Shown here piece after piece: positions 1 through 11,212 of a stretch of DNA of 64,000 bases; the first letter of the stretch is position 1, and every line of letters starts with the position of its first letter. The notes under the pieces are model-generated. The model saw nothing but the letters and a program-made list of their open reading frames with translations, was not told the origin of the DNA and ran no database searches. Both the position numbers and the translations under genes were made by a program. The stretch spans positions 33,215-97,214 of the forward strand of contig QCPO01000002.1 of NCBI GenBank assembly GCA_003212535.1, in the 5' to 3' direction. Source of the stretch: Prochlorococcus sp. AG-436-O11 (GTDB lineage: Bacteria > Cyanobacteriota > Cyanobacteriia > PCC-6307 > Cyanobiaceae).

Positions 1-768
1 TGGACCTACAAGATAACCTATTCTCCATCCTGTCATAGCCCAACCTTTCGCAAAACCATTAACTATGAAAATTCTTTCTTGAAGGTCGCTTGCTAATGTA
101 GATAAACTGAAGTGTTTAAAATCTTTTTTAAGAATTAGTTCGTAAATTTCATCTGAAAGAATATTAATATTTTTATTTTCTCTTACTAATTCTGCAACTT
201 GCAATAATTCTTCCTTAGACATTACCCTTCCCGTAGGGTTGTTGGGTGTATTTATAATAATAAATTTAGTTTTTGAAGAAATTTTTGCTTTTAAATCTTG
301 AATATTTATTTTGAATCCATCTTCAGCAGATGAATTTACAAAGATGGGTTTTCCACCAGCCAACCTAACCATTTGAGGATAACTTAACCAATATGGAGCA
401 GGAATAAGAACTTCATCACCATCATTTAGTAAGACTTGGAAGAGATTATATATTGCTTGTTTAGCTCCATTCGTGACCATTACATTTTCAAATTCAAAAT
501 TCATATTGTTTTGGATTTGTAGTTTTTTTGCAATGGCTTTTCTAAGATCTAAATCCCCCGACGCAGGACCATATTTTGTATATCCATCAAATATAGCTTG
601 ACTCGTAGCATCTATAACTGCTTTAGGAGCATCAAAATCAGGCTCTCCAGCACTTAAATTGCAGATATCTCTCCCCTCTGATACTAGTAACTTTGCTGTA
701 GCACTTATTTGAAGTGTTAGTGAAGGCTCAAGAGAAAGTGCCCTTTTAGATAAATTTATTTCACTCAT
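1..768 (-). CDS. aspC: Aspartate/PLP-dependent aminotransferase class I/II (5' portion; continues past window start)
   Basis: Manual translation from ATG at 768: MSEINLSKRALSLEPSLTLQISATAK...NLSAGEPDFDAP...GYTKYGPASG...VTNGAKQAIY...PAPYWLSY...NTPNNPTG...SDEIYE...NGFAKGWAMTGWRIGY (PLP lysine motif). Confidence 0.88.
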   Translation of the reverse strand, partial: MSEINLSKRALSLEPSLTLQISATAKLLVSEGRDICNLSAGEPDFDAPKAVIDATSQAIFDGYTKYGPASGDLDLRKAIAKKLQIQNNMNFEFENVMVTNGAKQAIYNLFQVLLNDGDEVLIPAPYWLSYPQMVRLAGGKPIFVNSSAEDGFKINIQDLKAKISSKTKFIIINTPNNPTGRVMSKEELLQVAELVRENKNINILSDEIYELILKKDFKHFSLSTLASDLQERIFIVNGFAKGWAMTGWRIGYLVGP

Positions 769-931
769 TTTATTTATTGCTTGTTAAATATCACCTTTGA
801 AATGGCCAATACTTTTTCTAAGAATAAATAAAGTATCACAAATTTGCTTCATTTAGTTCATTTTCTTAAATTTATTTTATTTTCATGTTTTGACTTTTTA
901 AAATATAAAAAATTTATACATAGTAATTCAG

Positions 932-1435
932 GTGAAAAGGTTAGTTGTTGGAAGAGGAAGTGTGTTCGCAGATTTATTAATAATTGGTGAAGCTCCTGGC
1001 TCACAGGAAGACTTAGAGGGTAAACCTTATGTTGGTAAATCTGGTAAATTATTAAACGAATTATTGAAACAAGCAGGAATTGATCATAAGGAAGATGTTT
1101 ATTTTTGTAATGTGATTAAATGTCGCCCGCCAAACAATAGAAAACCAACAAATAAAGAAATTAATATCCAAAAACCTTGGTTGTTAAAACAAATTAAACT
1201 AATTGATCCAAAATTTATAATTCTTACTGGATCTACTGCTATGAGAACAGTTTTGGGCATTAAGGATCCAATAAGTAATTTAAGGGGTAAATGGATTAAA
1301 AAAGATGGTAGAGAAATTATGACAATTTTTCATCCTTCGTATTTGTTGAGATTTCCTTCAAAAGAAAGTAAAAAACCTTATGATTTAACTTTAAAGGATC
1401 TTACTAATGTTAGTAGTAAACTATATGCCTTATAA
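932..1435 (+). CDS. udg: Uracil-DNA glycosylase, family 4
   Basis: IGEAPG motif, NVIKCRPP, HPSYLLR. Confidence 0.9.
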   Translation: MKRLVVGRGSVFADLLIIGEAPGSQEDLEGKPYVGKSGKLLNELLKQAGIDHKEDVYFCNVIKCRPPNNRKPTNKEINIQKPWLLKQIKLIDPKFIILTGSTAMRTVLGIKDPISNLRGKWIKKDGREIMTIFHPSYLLRFPSKESKKPYDLTLKDLTNVSSKLYAL

Positions 1436-1469
1436 TTTAATGAAACCTTCTTGAATATCAAAAATTTTA

Positions 1470-2687
1470 ATGTCATTAACTCAATCAAAAGAGGTGAATA
1501 GTCTCTCAAAAAGATATTCAACTCATATTGAGAGAAGAATAACTAAAACAGTAATGGTTGGTGATATAGCCATTGGGAGTGATTTCCCAGTAAGAGTTCA
1601 ATCGATGATAAATGAAGATACTATGGATGTTGAAAATTCATATTTAGCTATTAAAAGACTCCATGAAGTAGGTTGTGAAATAGTTAGGTTAACTGTCCCT
1701 TCAATAGCACATGCAAAGGCTGTTGGAGATATAAAAGAAAAATTATTAGAAAATAATATCAACACCCCATTAGTTGCTGATGTTCATCATAACGGTATGA
1801 AAATCGCTATGGAAGTTGCAAAACATGTTGATAAAGTCAGGATTAATCCGGGTTTGTTTGTATTTGAGAAGTCAGACCCCTCAAGGACTGAATATACGGA
1901 TAAGGAATTTGAAACAATTAAACAAACAATCTTGAAAAGATTTACTCCACTTGTAGAGGTTCTGAAATCTGAAAATAAGGCCCTTAGGATTGGAGTTAAT
2001 CATGGCTCTCTGTCTGAGAGAATGCTCTTTACTTATGGTGATACTCCACTTGGTATGACAGAATCTGCAATGGAATTTGTCAAGATTTGTGATGAGCTAG
2101 ATTTTCATAATATAATAATTTCTATGAAAGCTTCTAGGGCACCAGTGATGATGGCTGCTTACAGGATGATTGCAGATAGACTTGATGCAGAAGGATATAA
2201 CTACCCTTTACATTTAGGAGTAACAGAAGCTGGTGATGGAGATTATGGCAGGATAAAAAGTACTGCTGGAATCGGTACTCTTTTGGCAGAAGGATTAGGA
2301 GATACTATAAGAGTTTCTCTAACAGAAGCTCCTGAGAAGGAAATTCCAGTATGCTATTCAATTTTGCAATCTTTAGGATTAAGAAAAACAATGGTTGAAT
2401 ATATTAGCTGTCCAAGTTGTGGAAGGACTCTCTTTAACCTAGAAGAAGTTGTAGATAAAGTTAGAAATGCTACGTCACATTTAACTGGTTTAGATATAGC
2501 AATCATGGGATGTATAGTTAATGGCCCTGGCGAAATGGCAGATGCTGACTATGGCTATGTTGGGAAAGGAAAAGGTACTATTGCTTTATACAGAAGGAAA
2601 GAAGAGATAAAAAGAGTATCTGAAGAAGAAGGCGTTGATTCTTTAATACAACTTATTAAAGATGATGGAAAATGGATTGATCCTTAA
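1470..2687 (+). CDS. ispG: (E)-4-hydroxy-3-methylbut-2-enyl-diphosphate synthase (GcpE)
   Basis: [35 protein letters not shown] and [10 protein letters not shown] Fe-S motifs. Confidence 0.97.
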   Translation: MSLTQSKEVNSLSKRYSTHIERRITKTVMVGDIAIGSDFPVRVQSMINEDTMDVENSYLAIKRLHEVGCEIVRLTVPSIAHAKAVGDIKEKLLENNINTPLVADVHHNGMKIAMEVAKHVDKVRINPGLFVFEKSDPSRTEYTDKEFETIKQTILKRFTPLVEVLKSENKALRIGVNHGSLSERMLFTYGDTPLGMTESAMEFVKICDELDFHNIIISMKASRAPVMMAAYRMIADRLDAEGYNYPLHLGVTEAGDGDYGRIKSTAGIGTLLAEGLGDTIRVSLTEAPEKEIPVCYSILQSLGLRKTMVEYISCPSCGRTLFNLEEVVDKVRNATSHLTGLDIAIMGCIVNGPGEMADADYGYVGKGKGTIALYRRKEEIKRVSEEEGVDSLIQLIKDDGKWIDP

Positions 2688-2738
2688 GGTTTAATAAAAT
2701 TTTGAAATACGATTTAAATTTCTTTTATAACATTACAT

Positions 2739-4088
2739 ATGCCTAATAAATCTTTTAATATAAAAAAGTTTTTTAAAAGGCAATTTATAATTTTATTTGC
2801 CAGTAGTTTTACTGGAATATTTGTTAATAATTACGCAGAAGCCACAATCCTAAATAATAGCTACAAAGAGGTAATTGATCATGTTTGGCAAATTGTATAT
2901 CGAGATTTTCTTGACACAAATGGTAACTTCGAAAAATCTAAATGGATTGACTTAAGAAAACAAGTTTTATCAAAAAAATATTCAGATATTAATGAAGCTT
3001 ATGATGCGATTAGAGATTTATTGTCAAATTTAGATGATCCCTATACGAGGTTTTTAGATCCAAAAGAGTTTAATCAAATGCGAATTGATACTTCAGGTGA
3101 ACTAACTGGAGTTGGTATTCAAATTATTAAAGATAAAGAATCTGATCATTTAATAATTGTTTCTCCTATACAAGGAACACCTGCTTATGAAGCAGGAATT
3201 AAAGCTAGAGATCAAATATTATCTATTGATGATATCTCTACTAATGGCATGGATATAGAGGATGCTGTTAAATTAATAAGAGGAGAAAGAGGTACTAATG
3301 TTAAGCTAGAAATTCTTAGAGATGGTAATTCTTTTTTTAAGTCTTTATCGAGAGAAAGGATAGAAATAAAATCAGTTTTAAGCAAAATAAATAAAACTAA
3401 AAATGGGTTTTTAATAGGCTATGTGAGAATTAAACAATTTAATGCAAATGCCGCGAGAGAGATGAAAGATGCCCTAAAAGATTTAGAAACAAAAAAAGTT
3501 TCAGGTTATATTCTTGATTTGAGAAGTAATCCTGGAGGTTTATTAGAATCAAGTATTGATGTTTCACGGCAATTTATTAATAAAGGAATAATAGTAAGCA
3601 CCTTAACTAAAGATGGTTTTAAAGAGATCAAAAGAGGTAATGGTCAAGCTCTAACAAAGAAACCATTAGTAGTACTTGTTAATGAAGGTTCGGCCAGTGC
3701 GAGTGAAATAGTCTCTGGTGCAATAAGAGATAACAAAAGAGGGAAATTAGTTGGAAAGAAAACTTTTGGTAAAGGTCTTGTTCAATCAATGAGAACTTTG
3801 GTAGATGGATCAGGATTAACAGTTACAGTCGCTAAGTATTTAACTCCCAATGGAACAGACATAAACAAATTTGGGATTAGGCCCGATATAGAAGTGAAAA
3901 TGAATAAAAATCCAATTCTTCCTACAGAAATTGGGACTAGAAGAGATAAACAATATAAAGCAGGCGAGAAAGAACTCATCAAGATAATTCAAATTAAAAA
4001 TAAGATAAGTAAGTTTGATCCGAAAACTACTAACTTAAATGCCTTTATAAAAAATAATGAAGAGAATTTAGTCTATTCTCTTCATTAA
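2739..4088 (+). CDS. ctpA: Carboxyl-terminal processing protease (S41, PDZ)
   Basis: DPYTRF, GVGIQI PDZ, LDLRSNPGG, SASASEI, TFGKG. Confidence 0.9.
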   Translation: MPNKSFNIKKFFKRQFIILFASSFTGIFVNNYAEATILNNSYKEVIDHVWQIVYRDFLDTNGNFEKSKWIDLRKQVLSKKYSDINEAYDAIRDLLSNLDDPYTRFLDPKEFNQMRIDTSGELTGVGIQIIKDKESDHLIIVSPIQGTPAYEAGIKARDQILSIDDISTNGMDIEDAVKLIRGERGTNVKLEILRDGNSFFKSLSRERIEIKSVLSKINKTKNGFLIGYVRIKQFNANAAREMKDALKDLETKKVSGYILDLRSNPGGLLESSIDVSRQFINKGIIVSTLTKDGFKEIKRGNGQALTKKPLVVLVNEGSASASEIVSGAIRDNKRGKLVGKKTFGKGLVQSMRTLVDGSGLTVTVAKYLTPNGTDINKFGIRPDIEVKMNKNPILPTEIGTRRDKQYKAGEKELIKIIQIKNKISKFDPKTTNLNAFIKNNEENLVYSLH

Positions 4089-4999
4089 TTACTCATATCT
4101 AACATTCTTTTTATCGGTTTGTAAGCTTTTTTAATTGTTTCTGGATCTAGTTCAATAGATGGTGAATTATTTTTTAAACAATCAAGAATCTTTTCTAAAG
4201 TATTTAATTTCATATGTGGACATTCATTACATTTGCATCCCTCAATATCTGGAACTTCAATAAAGATTTTTGCAGGCTCTTTCTTTTTCATTTGATGTAT
4301 TATTCCAGGCTCAGTTAAAACCATATAAGTTTTAGATGGATCATTGCTAACGTAATCAAGTAATTTACTTGTTGATCCAATAAAATCTGAAAGAGCCAAT
4401 AAATTTTGACTGCATTCAGGATGCGCTATTACTTTTGCTTCTGGATTTTGATATTTCAATTTTAATAAAGCTTCTTCACTAAAGGTTTCATGCACAATGC
4501 AGCTGCCAGGCCATAGTTTAAGAACTCTTCCTGAATTTTTCTGAACCCATCTTCCAAGATTTTGATCAGGTGCAAATATTATTTTTTTTTCTTTAGGAAT
4601 CTGTTCAACTAAAGATACTGCATTGCTGCTTGTGCATATCAGGTCGCTCTGAGCTTTTACTTCTGCGGTGCAATTTATGTAACTTACTACAAAATGGTCT
4701 GGATTATCATCTTTAAACTTTTGAAATTCATCTGCGGGACAATCGTCAGCCAAAGAGCAACCTGCATCAATATCAGGTAATAAGACTGTTTTGTTTGGGC
4801 TAAGTATTTTTGCAGTTTCTGCCATAAAGTGCACCCCGCAAAAAATTATTATATCTGCATTATTATTAGCAGCTTTTCTTGATAGATCCAAAGAATCTCC
4901 AATAAAATCTGCAATATCTTGAATCTCTGGAGATTGATAATAGTGTGCCAAAATAATGGCATTAGCTTTTAAGCAACGCTCCTTTATTTCAGAAATCAA
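4085..4999 (-). CDS. nadA: Quinolinate synthase A
   Basis: LAHYYQ, CGVHFMAET, GCSLAD, SYINC, CIVHE, HPEC, CNECPHMK. Confidence 0.96.
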   Translation of the reverse strand: MISEIKERCLKANAIILAHYYQSPEIQDIADFIGDSLDLSRKAANNNADIIIFCGVHFMAETAKILSPNKTVLLPDIDAGCSLADDCPADEFQKFKDDNPDHFVVSYINCTAEVKAQSDLICTSSNAVSLVEQIPKEKKIIFAPDQNLGRWVQKNSGRVLKLWPGSCIVHETFSEEALLKLKYQNPEAKVIAHPECSQNLLALSDFIGSTSKLLDYVSNDPSKTYMVLTEPGIIHQMKKKEPAKIFIEVPDIEGCKCNECPHMKLNTLEKILDCLKNNSPSIELDPETIKKAYKPIKRMLDMSN

Positions 5000-5011
5000 A
5001 TCTTCTTCGTT

Positions 5012-5935
5012 TTGAAGAGATTTCTGTTTCGCAGTAGAAGTTATACTCGTCAGGATTTAGAATATCTCTATATAGATTATATGCCTTTAAACAGAAAAAT
5101 TCTGACAAATTTTAAAATTGCTATTGTTGGTGACTGTCATGGTCAATGGTCTGACTCAGACGTAAAAATTTTATCGATTATTAATCCAGATATTGTTTTA
5201 TTTGTTGGCGATATTTCTGATGGTAGTATCAAAATAATAAAAAAAATAAATACGATTAAAACTCCTACTTTTGTGATCTTGGGTAATCATGATCGGGGTA
5301 AAGATAATTCCGGAGAAACTCTTTTAAAGCAGATTCGTGTTCTTGCAGAGAAATACTGCGCTTGGGATTTGAGGGTTTTTAATAATCAAATAAATATACT
5401 ATCGGCAAGACCATGCAGTTCAGGGGGTGGCTATTATCTTTCTCAAGAAGTTAGAGGTGTTTATGGACCTATAACTGAAGAAGAATCAGTTAGGAAAATC
5501 ATCCAACGTTCAGAAGAAACTATTAAAGACTTACCTTTAATAATTATGTCTCATGCAGGACCTTCTGGTTTAGGTTCAGAATCTGGAAGTATTTGCGGTA
5601 AAGATTGGAAATTACCAGCTTTAGATTGGGGAGATAGAGACTTATCAGTTGCTATTTCTGAAATCCAAAAGAAAAGAAAAGTTGACCTTGTAATTTTTGG
5701 TCATATGCATAATCGCCTCAAAAGAAATCTTGGTTTTCGAGAAATGTTCAAAATTGATAATAAAGGTACTGCTTATTTTAATACAGCTGTTGTGCCAAGA
5801 TATGAATCTAGTAAAGAGGGAGAATTATTGATAAATTTTTCATGGGTTGAGTTTGAAGATAAGAAACTTAAAAATGTTTCTCATCGATGGTATTCAGAAT
5901 ATGGAAAAGTTTACGAAGAGAGAAAATTCTTTTAA
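5012..5935 (+). CDS. Calcineurin-like metallophosphoesterase (cyanobacterial TIGR04168-like)
   Basis: GDCHG, FVGD, LGNHD, FGHMH metallophosphoesterase motifs; true start probably downstream of 5012. Confidence 0.8.
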   Translation: MKRFLFRSRSYTRQDLEYLYIDYMPLNRKILTNFKIAIVGDCHGQWSDSDVKILSIINPDIVLFVGDISDGSIKIIKKINTIKTPTFVILGNHDRGKDNSGETLLKQIRVLAEKYCAWDLRVFNNQINILSARPCSSGGGYYLSQEVRGVYGPITEEESVRKIIQRSEETIKDLPLIIMSHAGPSGLGSESGSICGKDWKLPALDWGDRDLSVAISEIQKKRKVDLVIFGHMHNRLKRNLGFREMFKIDNKGTAYFNTAVVPRYESSKEGELLINFSWVEFEDKKLKNVSHRWYSEYGKVYEERKFF

Positions 5936-5958
5936 ATTTATTTTAAATGTATAAAATC

Positions 5959-6756
5959 TTAACTATTTTTCGGCTGCTCATATTTGGAAAATATAGTTTG
6001 AGAGAAAATATATCCTGCAATTCCAGCTGCGGCAAAAGCTAAACCATTTTTTAATAAAGGCAATATTTCATTCGATCTGGTAATTATTGGAGCTAATCCA
6101 AAGATTCCAAATAACATTCCCCATAAAGGTAAAAGAAGAGCCAAAAATCCAATAGATATGATTTGACCTTCTTTTTTTGGCGCTGCAGAAAAACCTGCTA
6201 TTAATCCTCCTAGAATAGAAGTACATAAAGTCCATATATATTGTTCTTTGGATAAGCCAGGTACAACTTTACAACCACCTCTATTCAAACAAACTTTTAC
6301 TGAATTAATTGCATCTAAAACTGCTCCATCTTCTCCATGCTCTTTTACATAATATTGATTACCGAATCTTGTTTGAAGCTCAACCCAGAATAGTCTTGGC
6401 ATAAATGAGAAATATGCCTCTCCAACGTTAAAATTTAGTAAATTTCCTCCTCTTGGATCCGCAATGATTAACAAACTTGTATCATCTAGATCCCAGTAAT
6501 CCTTAATTGCAATCCCAGGAGCACTTTCGAATTGAGATAAATATTTAATTTTCCAACCACTTTCTATTTCCAATTCATTAAGATCCTCCTCTAATGATTT
6601 TTTCTGAATCGGACTTAATGTTTTAGCTAGATCAATAACCGGTGTTTTTTCTTCTGGCAAGAGATTTGGATTATTAATAGCTAAAAGGGGTTTATTAAAA
6701 ATAAAAATAACTATAGATAGAAATATTCCCAAGAAATAGTTAATCTTTGAAGGCAT
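5959..6756 (-). CDS. TPM-domain thylakoid protein (Psb32/TLP18.3-like or MOLO1-like)
   Basis: Signal peptide, PVIDLAKTL TPM start, FWVELQTRFGNQYY, C-terminal TM helices. Confidence 0.75.
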   Translation of the reverse strand: MPSKINYFLGIFLSIVIFIFNKPLLAINNPNLLPEEKTPVIDLAKTLSPIQKKSLEEDLNELEIESGWKIKYLSQFESAPGIAIKDYWDLDDTSLLIIADPRGGNLLNFNVGEAYFSFMPRLFWVELQTRFGNQYYVKEHGEDGAVLDAINSVKVCLNRGGCKVVPGLSKEQYIWTLCTSILGGLIAGFSAAPKKEGQIISIGFLALLLPLWGMLFGIFGLAPIITRSNEILPLLKNGLAFAAAGIAGYIFSQTIFSKYEQPKNS

Positions 6757-6787
6757 GGAACTTTTTTGTTTTTATTTATTCTCTCAG

Positions 6788-7978
6788 ATGAATAACTTTC
6801 CCGCGAATAATTCAGAATGGTTAATAGAAAAAATAATAAAAATGGGAGGAACTATAAGTTTTTACGACTATATGAAATTTGTTTTAAATGATCCTATTAG
6901 CGGATACTATGGCAGCGGTAAGGCTGAGCTAGGCTTTAAAGGGGATTTTGTTACATCCCCATCTTTATCTGATGATTTTGCTTTTTTTGTGGGGAAACAA
7001 GTTGAGGATTGGTTCATTCAGTTCAAAAGTATTATTTTCTATGATCAGAAATTATCTTTAATTGAATTTGGAGCTGGTGATGGAAGCTTTATGAGTGGAA
7101 TTATTAAATATTTTTTAGCAAGTAATAAAAATATTTCACAAAGAGTTTCATTTATTATTATTGAACCTAATCAAGGCATGATTGAAAAACAGAAAAAAAA
7201 ATTGATGAAATTTCTAAATCTAGGTATTGATATTTCATGGAAAAGTTTAGAAGAAATAGAAGAAAATAATCTCAATGGAATTTTTATAGCCAATGAAGTT
7301 TTAGATGCTTTGCCTGTAGAGAGAATTACTTTCTTAAAAGGTAAATTATTTCGACAAGCAGTTTCTTTTGACAAGGAATCTGGCAGATTATACTTTGATA
7401 AATTACCAATTACTAGGGAATTAGAAAACAGTTTATACCTTGCTAAAAGTAAATTAGGAATTACTATTCCCCCCAAGGACGCCCCAGAAGGATGGACGAC
7501 AGAATGGCATGTAGATAACTCAGAATGGCTAAAGGCTATTTATGCAAAAATCAATCATGGAATATTATTAATAATTGACTATGCTAAAGAAGCAAAAAAA
7601 TACTATGCATCTAGAAATTTAAATGGGACAATAATTTCTTATAAAAATCAAAAAATATTAAATAATATCTTAGATTCCCCAGGCAATTGTGATCTAACTT
7701 CTCATATTTGTACTGAAACATTAATTAATGATGCTGAAACTTTAGGATTTGAGGCTGTTGGCACAACTAAGCAAGGAGAAGCTTTGTTATTACTTGGATT
7801 AGCACAGAGGCTTTATGAAATCCAGAAAGAACTTAAGGAAGATTTATCTAATGCCCTGGCAAGAAGAGAAGCTTTGCTAAGATTGGTCGATCCTTTATGT
7901 TTGGGTGATTTTAAGTGGTTTGTTTTTCATAAGTTTAACGAGCAGAAAATAAATATAAATTCAACTTGTATGCGTTAA
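6788..7978 (+). CDS. SAM-dependent methyltransferase, MidA/NDUFAF7 (DUF185) family
   Basis: [35 protein letters not shown]; ATG at 6788 preferred over ORF-track start 6755. Confidence 0.85.
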   Translation: MNNFPANNSEWLIEKIIKMGGTISFYDYMKFVLNDPISGYYGSGKAELGFKGDFVTSPSLSDDFAFFVGKQVEDWFIQFKSIIFYDQKLSLIEFGAGDGSFMSGIIKYFLASNKNISQRVSFIIIEPNQGMIEKQKKKLMKFLNLGIDISWKSLEEIEENNLNGIFIANEVLDALPVERITFLKGKLFRQAVSFDKESGRLYFDKLPITRELENSLYLAKSKLGITIPPKDAPEGWTTEWHVDNSEWLKAIYAKINHGILLIIDYAKEAKKYYASRNLNGTIISYKNQKILNNILDSPGNCDLTSHICTETLINDAETLGFEAVGTTKQGEALLLLGLAQRLYEIQKELKEDLSNALARREALLRLVDPLCLGDFKWFVFHKFNEQKININSTCMR

Positions 7979-9066
7979 GAAAAATATTTTAAAAATAATG
8001 CATCCTCTATATCCTCATAAATATCAACTTCTCCAATTCCTTTAGGTAAAATAAACCTCATTTTACCATTACGAACTTTTTTGTCCCCCATAAGTATTGT
8101 TAGAATATTTTCTTTGTTTATCTTAGGAATTTGAGTAGGTAGACCATAGCTTTCAATAAGATTTTCTTGTCTTGTGGATTCCTCCTTAGACCATAAACCT
8201 TTCTCAAGAGCTATATCGCCAGCAATTTTCATGCCGATAGATATCGCCTCTCCGTGCAAAAATTCACCGTATCCACATAAATTTTCAATAACGTGGCCAA
8301 AAGAATGGCCATAATTCAATATTGCTCTAATTCCATGCTCTTTTTCGTCCTCAGAAACAATGTGAGACTTCGTTTTAATTGAATTATTGATTATTTTAAT
8401 TAAAGATTTATTTTCGAGATTTGTTAGCTTATTTTTGTTTTTCTCATTCTCTAAAAATTCAAAAAGTGATTTATCTTTTATGACTCCGTATTTTATTACT
8501 TCAGCCATACCAGCGTTAAATTCTCTTTTGGGTAAAGTTTTTAATGTTTCTGGGTCAATAAATACAGCTTTTGGTTGATGAAAAGCTCCTATTAAATTTT
8601 TGCCTTTAGGATGATTAACCGCTGTTTTTCCACCCACCGATGAATCAACCATAGATAATAATGTTGTGGGGATCTGAATATATTCAATACCTCTTAACCA
8701 AGTAGCAGCAGCTAATCCAGTTATGTCTCCCACAATACCTCCTCCAAGGGCAATCATTAAGGAATTCCTGTCTAGGCCAAATTCAAATGCAACGTTATAG
8801 ATTTCACTTAAAGTTTCCAAGTTTTTATGTGATTCTCCTGCCTTAATAAGGCATATTTGGGCTTCAAAATTACTACCTTTTAAATCTTTTAGGAATTCTT
8901 CAATATATAAATTCGATATTTCCTCATTAGAAATCACTAGTATTTTTCTATTGCTTTTTATCCCGATTTTTAAAAGTTCTGTACTTATATTGTTTAGTAT
9001 TCCTGCTTCTATCTTTACTGCGTATGACTTATTTCCTAATGGAACTAATATTTTTCTCTTATTCAC
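7975..9066 (-). CDS. aroB: 3-dehydroquinate synthase
   Basis: [42 protein letters not shown]. Confidence 0.97.
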   Translation of the reverse strand: MNKRKILVPLGNKSYAVKIEAGILNNISTELLKIGIKSNRKILVISNEEISNLYIEEFLKDLKGSNFEAQICLIKAGESHKNLETLSEIYNVAFEFGLDRNSLMIALGGGIVGDITGLAAATWLRGIEYIQIPTTLLSMVDSSVGGKTAVNHPKGKNLIGAFHQPKAVFIDPETLKTLPKREFNAGMAEVIKYGVIKDKSLFEFLENEKNKNKLTNLENKSLIKIINNSIKTKSHIVSEDEKEHGIRAILNYGHSFGHVIENLCGYGEFLHGEAISIGMKIAGDIALEKGLWSKEESTRQENLIESYGLPTQIPKINKENILTILMGDKKVRNGKMRFILPKGIGEVDIYEDIEDALFLKYFS

Positions 9067-9190
9067 GATAAATTACCTATCTTAAATTTATAAATATTCA
9101 AATTTAATAATATATATATTAGCAAAATCTAAGCTCTAAAATACTCCGAAATCAGTTGTTAAGAATTAAAAATCATAATAAAATCGTTTT

Positions 9191-10381
9191 ATGAGTTTTA
9201 AACAAAATATAAACAATATTAAAAAGCATTATTCTCTAGGAATAATTGGAGGCGGTCAACTCGCTTTGATGTTAACAGAAGCAGCAAAAAATAGAGGTCT
9301 AAAAGTATGCGTGCAAACCAAATCTTCTAGTGACCCCGCATGTTTTAAAGCTGATTATGTAATAGAAGCTGATCCTCTAGAGATAAAGAGTAATAAGTCT
9401 TTAATAAATGAGTGCGAAAAAATCATTTTTGAAAATGAATGGATAAATATTGATGAATTAAATTTAATTGATACCAATAATATTTTTATCCCAAGCCTTG
9501 AGGCAATTAAACCTTTAGTAGATAGGATTTCTCAAAAAAAGTTAATAGATAGTATTAACATCCCTTGCCCAAAATGGATTTCTATTAAAGATTTTAAAAG
9601 TCTCTCTGAAGAGGAAATGGAAAATTGGAGTTTTCCTCTTATGGTTAAATCAAATAAAGGTGGATACGACGGTAAAGGAAACACGAAAATACATACTAAA
9701 GAAGATCTATATTCTTTTTTGACTGAAAATAATTCTAATGAATGGTTAATAGAGGAATGGATAGATTATGAAAATGAGTTAGCCCTTGTAGGCTCTAGAG
9801 ATCATAATGGAAATATAAGAGTATTTCCAATAGTAGAAACTTTCCAATCAAATCATGTTTGTGATTGGGTATTGTCTCCTGCTTCAACAGATTATGATTT
9901 AAATTTATTCGCACTAAATATTTTTTCTTCAATAGTAAATGAACTTAACTATGTAGGAGTTTTGGGAATTGAATTTTTTTATGGAGTAAATGGCCTATTA
10001 ATTAATGAAATAGCTCCTAGAACTCATAATTCTGCCCATTTTTCTATTGAAGCTTGTTCTTCAAGTCAATTTGATCAATATGTTTGTATATCTTCTGGTA
10101 TTACACCTCCTGAAATTAAAATGAATTGCGAAGGTGCAATTATGATAAATTTACTCGGATTAAAAAAAGATTTTCCAACCTCAATAGAAACAAGAGTCAA
10201 AATGTTATCTGAAATAAATGGTTCTAATTTGCATTTGTATGGAAAATCTAGTGAAACACTCGGAAGAAAAATGGCTCATATTACATTCTTATTGAAAGGT
10301 AAAACTCATTTAGAAAGATATAAGGAATCCAAAGAATTATTAACTAAGGTAAGAGACATATGGCCTTCTCCAAATCCATAA
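9191..10381 (+). CDS. purK: N5-carboxyaminoimidazole ribonucleotide synthase
   Basis: GIIGGGQLA, GGYDGKG, NEIAPRTHNSAH, GRKMAH. Confidence 0.96.
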   Translation: MSFKQNINNIKKHYSLGIIGGGQLALMLTEAAKNRGLKVCVQTKSSSDPACFKADYVIEADPLEIKSNKSLINECEKIIFENEWINIDELNLIDTNNIFIPSLEAIKPLVDRISQKKLIDSINIPCPKWISIKDFKSLSEEEMENWSFPLMVKSNKGGYDGKGNTKIHTKEDLYSFLTENNSNEWLIEEWIDYENELALVGSRDHNGNIRVFPIVETFQSNHVCDWVLSPASTDYDLNLFALNIFSSIVNELNYVGVLGIEFFYGVNGLLINEIAPRTHNSAHFSIEACSSSQFDQYVCISSGITPPEIKMNCEGAIMINLLGLKKDFPTSIETRVKMLSEINGSNLHLYGKSSETLGRKMAHITFLLKGKTHLERYKESKELLTKVRDIWPSPNP

Positions 10382-10412
10382 AAAAATAAGTTAGAGTTAA
10401 TATACTGAATCT

Positions 10413-10590
10413 TTGGTTAAGTTCTTCTTTATGTGCTCTGATCTGACTCTCTTTCGACATGAGGAGACTGTCGTGATGTAGCAGTAAACCGATCTTGAAA
10501 TCGGAAACGAAAGCTCACTTTGCCTCCTCTTCTGGCTTTCCCAGGTCGATGCAGCAGAGAACTGACGGAGATTCGGTAAGAGGCTAGAAA
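10413..10590 (+). ncRNA. ssrS: 6S RNA (SsaA/SsrS; Prochlorococcus Yfr7)
   Basis: GC-richer ORF-free segment directly downstream of purK, the conserved cyanobacterial location; 5' CTCTG..TCTCT can pair with 3' AGAGA..CGGAG; internal hairpin CCGAT..ATCGG; -10 TATACT at 10401-10406; ends approximate. Confidence 0.85.
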
Positions 10591-10620
10591 CATTTTATTA
10601 TTGGTTTCTAGCTCTCTTCT
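10579..10620 (+). terminator. Hairpin terminator after 6S RNA
   Basis: GCTAGAAAC (10583-10591) / GTTTCTAGC (10604-10612) inverted repeat. Confidence 0.65.
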
Positions 10621-10718
10621 AAGAAATTTTCTAGATATGAAATACTAATAAGCAAAGCAAAAATCAAGCAACTAAACACCGGAAAAGTATCTTTTCTTAA
10701 ATATCATAAGAATTTATG

Positions 10719-10767
10719 TTGACACTAGACAATAAATACCGCTATAAAGAGTAGTACGTATGTATTA
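10719..10767 (+). promoter_or_regulatory. Sigma70-type promoter with LexA-box-like operator near the start site
   Basis: TTGACA (10719-10724), 18-bp spacer, TATAAA (10743-10748), then TAGTACG-TA-TGTATTA (10752-10767), matching picocyanobacterial LexA consensus TAGTACA-N2-TGTACTA at 12/14. Confidence 0.72.
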
Positions 10768-10775
10768 TTTGGCAG

Positions 10776-11075
10776 ATGACTCTAGGAGGGGCTAATGTTT
10801 GGACTAATTTTTCTTATGGTTATCGTAATGACTCACCAAGTGGTTGGTTGCTGAGCCCAGACCGCAGTATATTAGTTTTATTTGCAAGGAATAAAAAATC
10901 ACCGAGAAATTCCATTAGAATTTTAGCTCATACATATTACGCAAATTATATTGGTGAACCAATCGCAATTAAATCTTCAAGTCAAATGTTCTTAGACGAT
11001 GCTTGGAATAAATGGCATGACCTTCAATTAGAAGGTTGGACTTTCGAAGAACTTGAATTACCCGAATCAGCATGA
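10776..11075 (+). CDS. DUF1651-like picocyanobacterial protein
   Basis: 99 aa; GWLLSP..LVLF N-terminal and AWNKWHDLQLEGW C-terminal pattern. Confidence 0.7.
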   Translation: MTLGGANVWTNFSYGYRNDSPSGWLLSPDRSILVLFARNKKSPRNSIRILAHTYYANYIGEPIAIKSSSQMFLDDAWNKWHDLQLEGWTFEELELPESA

Positions 11076-11212
11076 AAAATTTAAATCAATTTACAAAAAA
11101 TTTACCCAAAGAAGAAAGTGAGCTATCTATTCAAGATTCATCAAGGATATTAGCAGAATTTTTTAATGGTCTAGTTATTGACGTTAACGAAGAATATATA
11201 TATGACTCATAA
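11072..11212 (+). CDS. 46-aa microprotein resembling the DnaX (tau) C-terminal tail
   Basis: Manual translation MKNLNQFTKNLPKEESELSIQDSSRILAEFFNGLVIDVNEEYIYDS*; ATGA overlap with upstream stop suggests translational coupling. Confidence 0.7.
   Translation: MKNLNQFTKNLPKEESELSIQDSSRILAEFFNGLVIDVNEEYIYDS

Noticed and set aside
10700-10726. dif-like CATAA...TTATGTTGACA
   Set aside because: The spacer is 4 bp rather than 6, and the sequence is explained by the -35 element.
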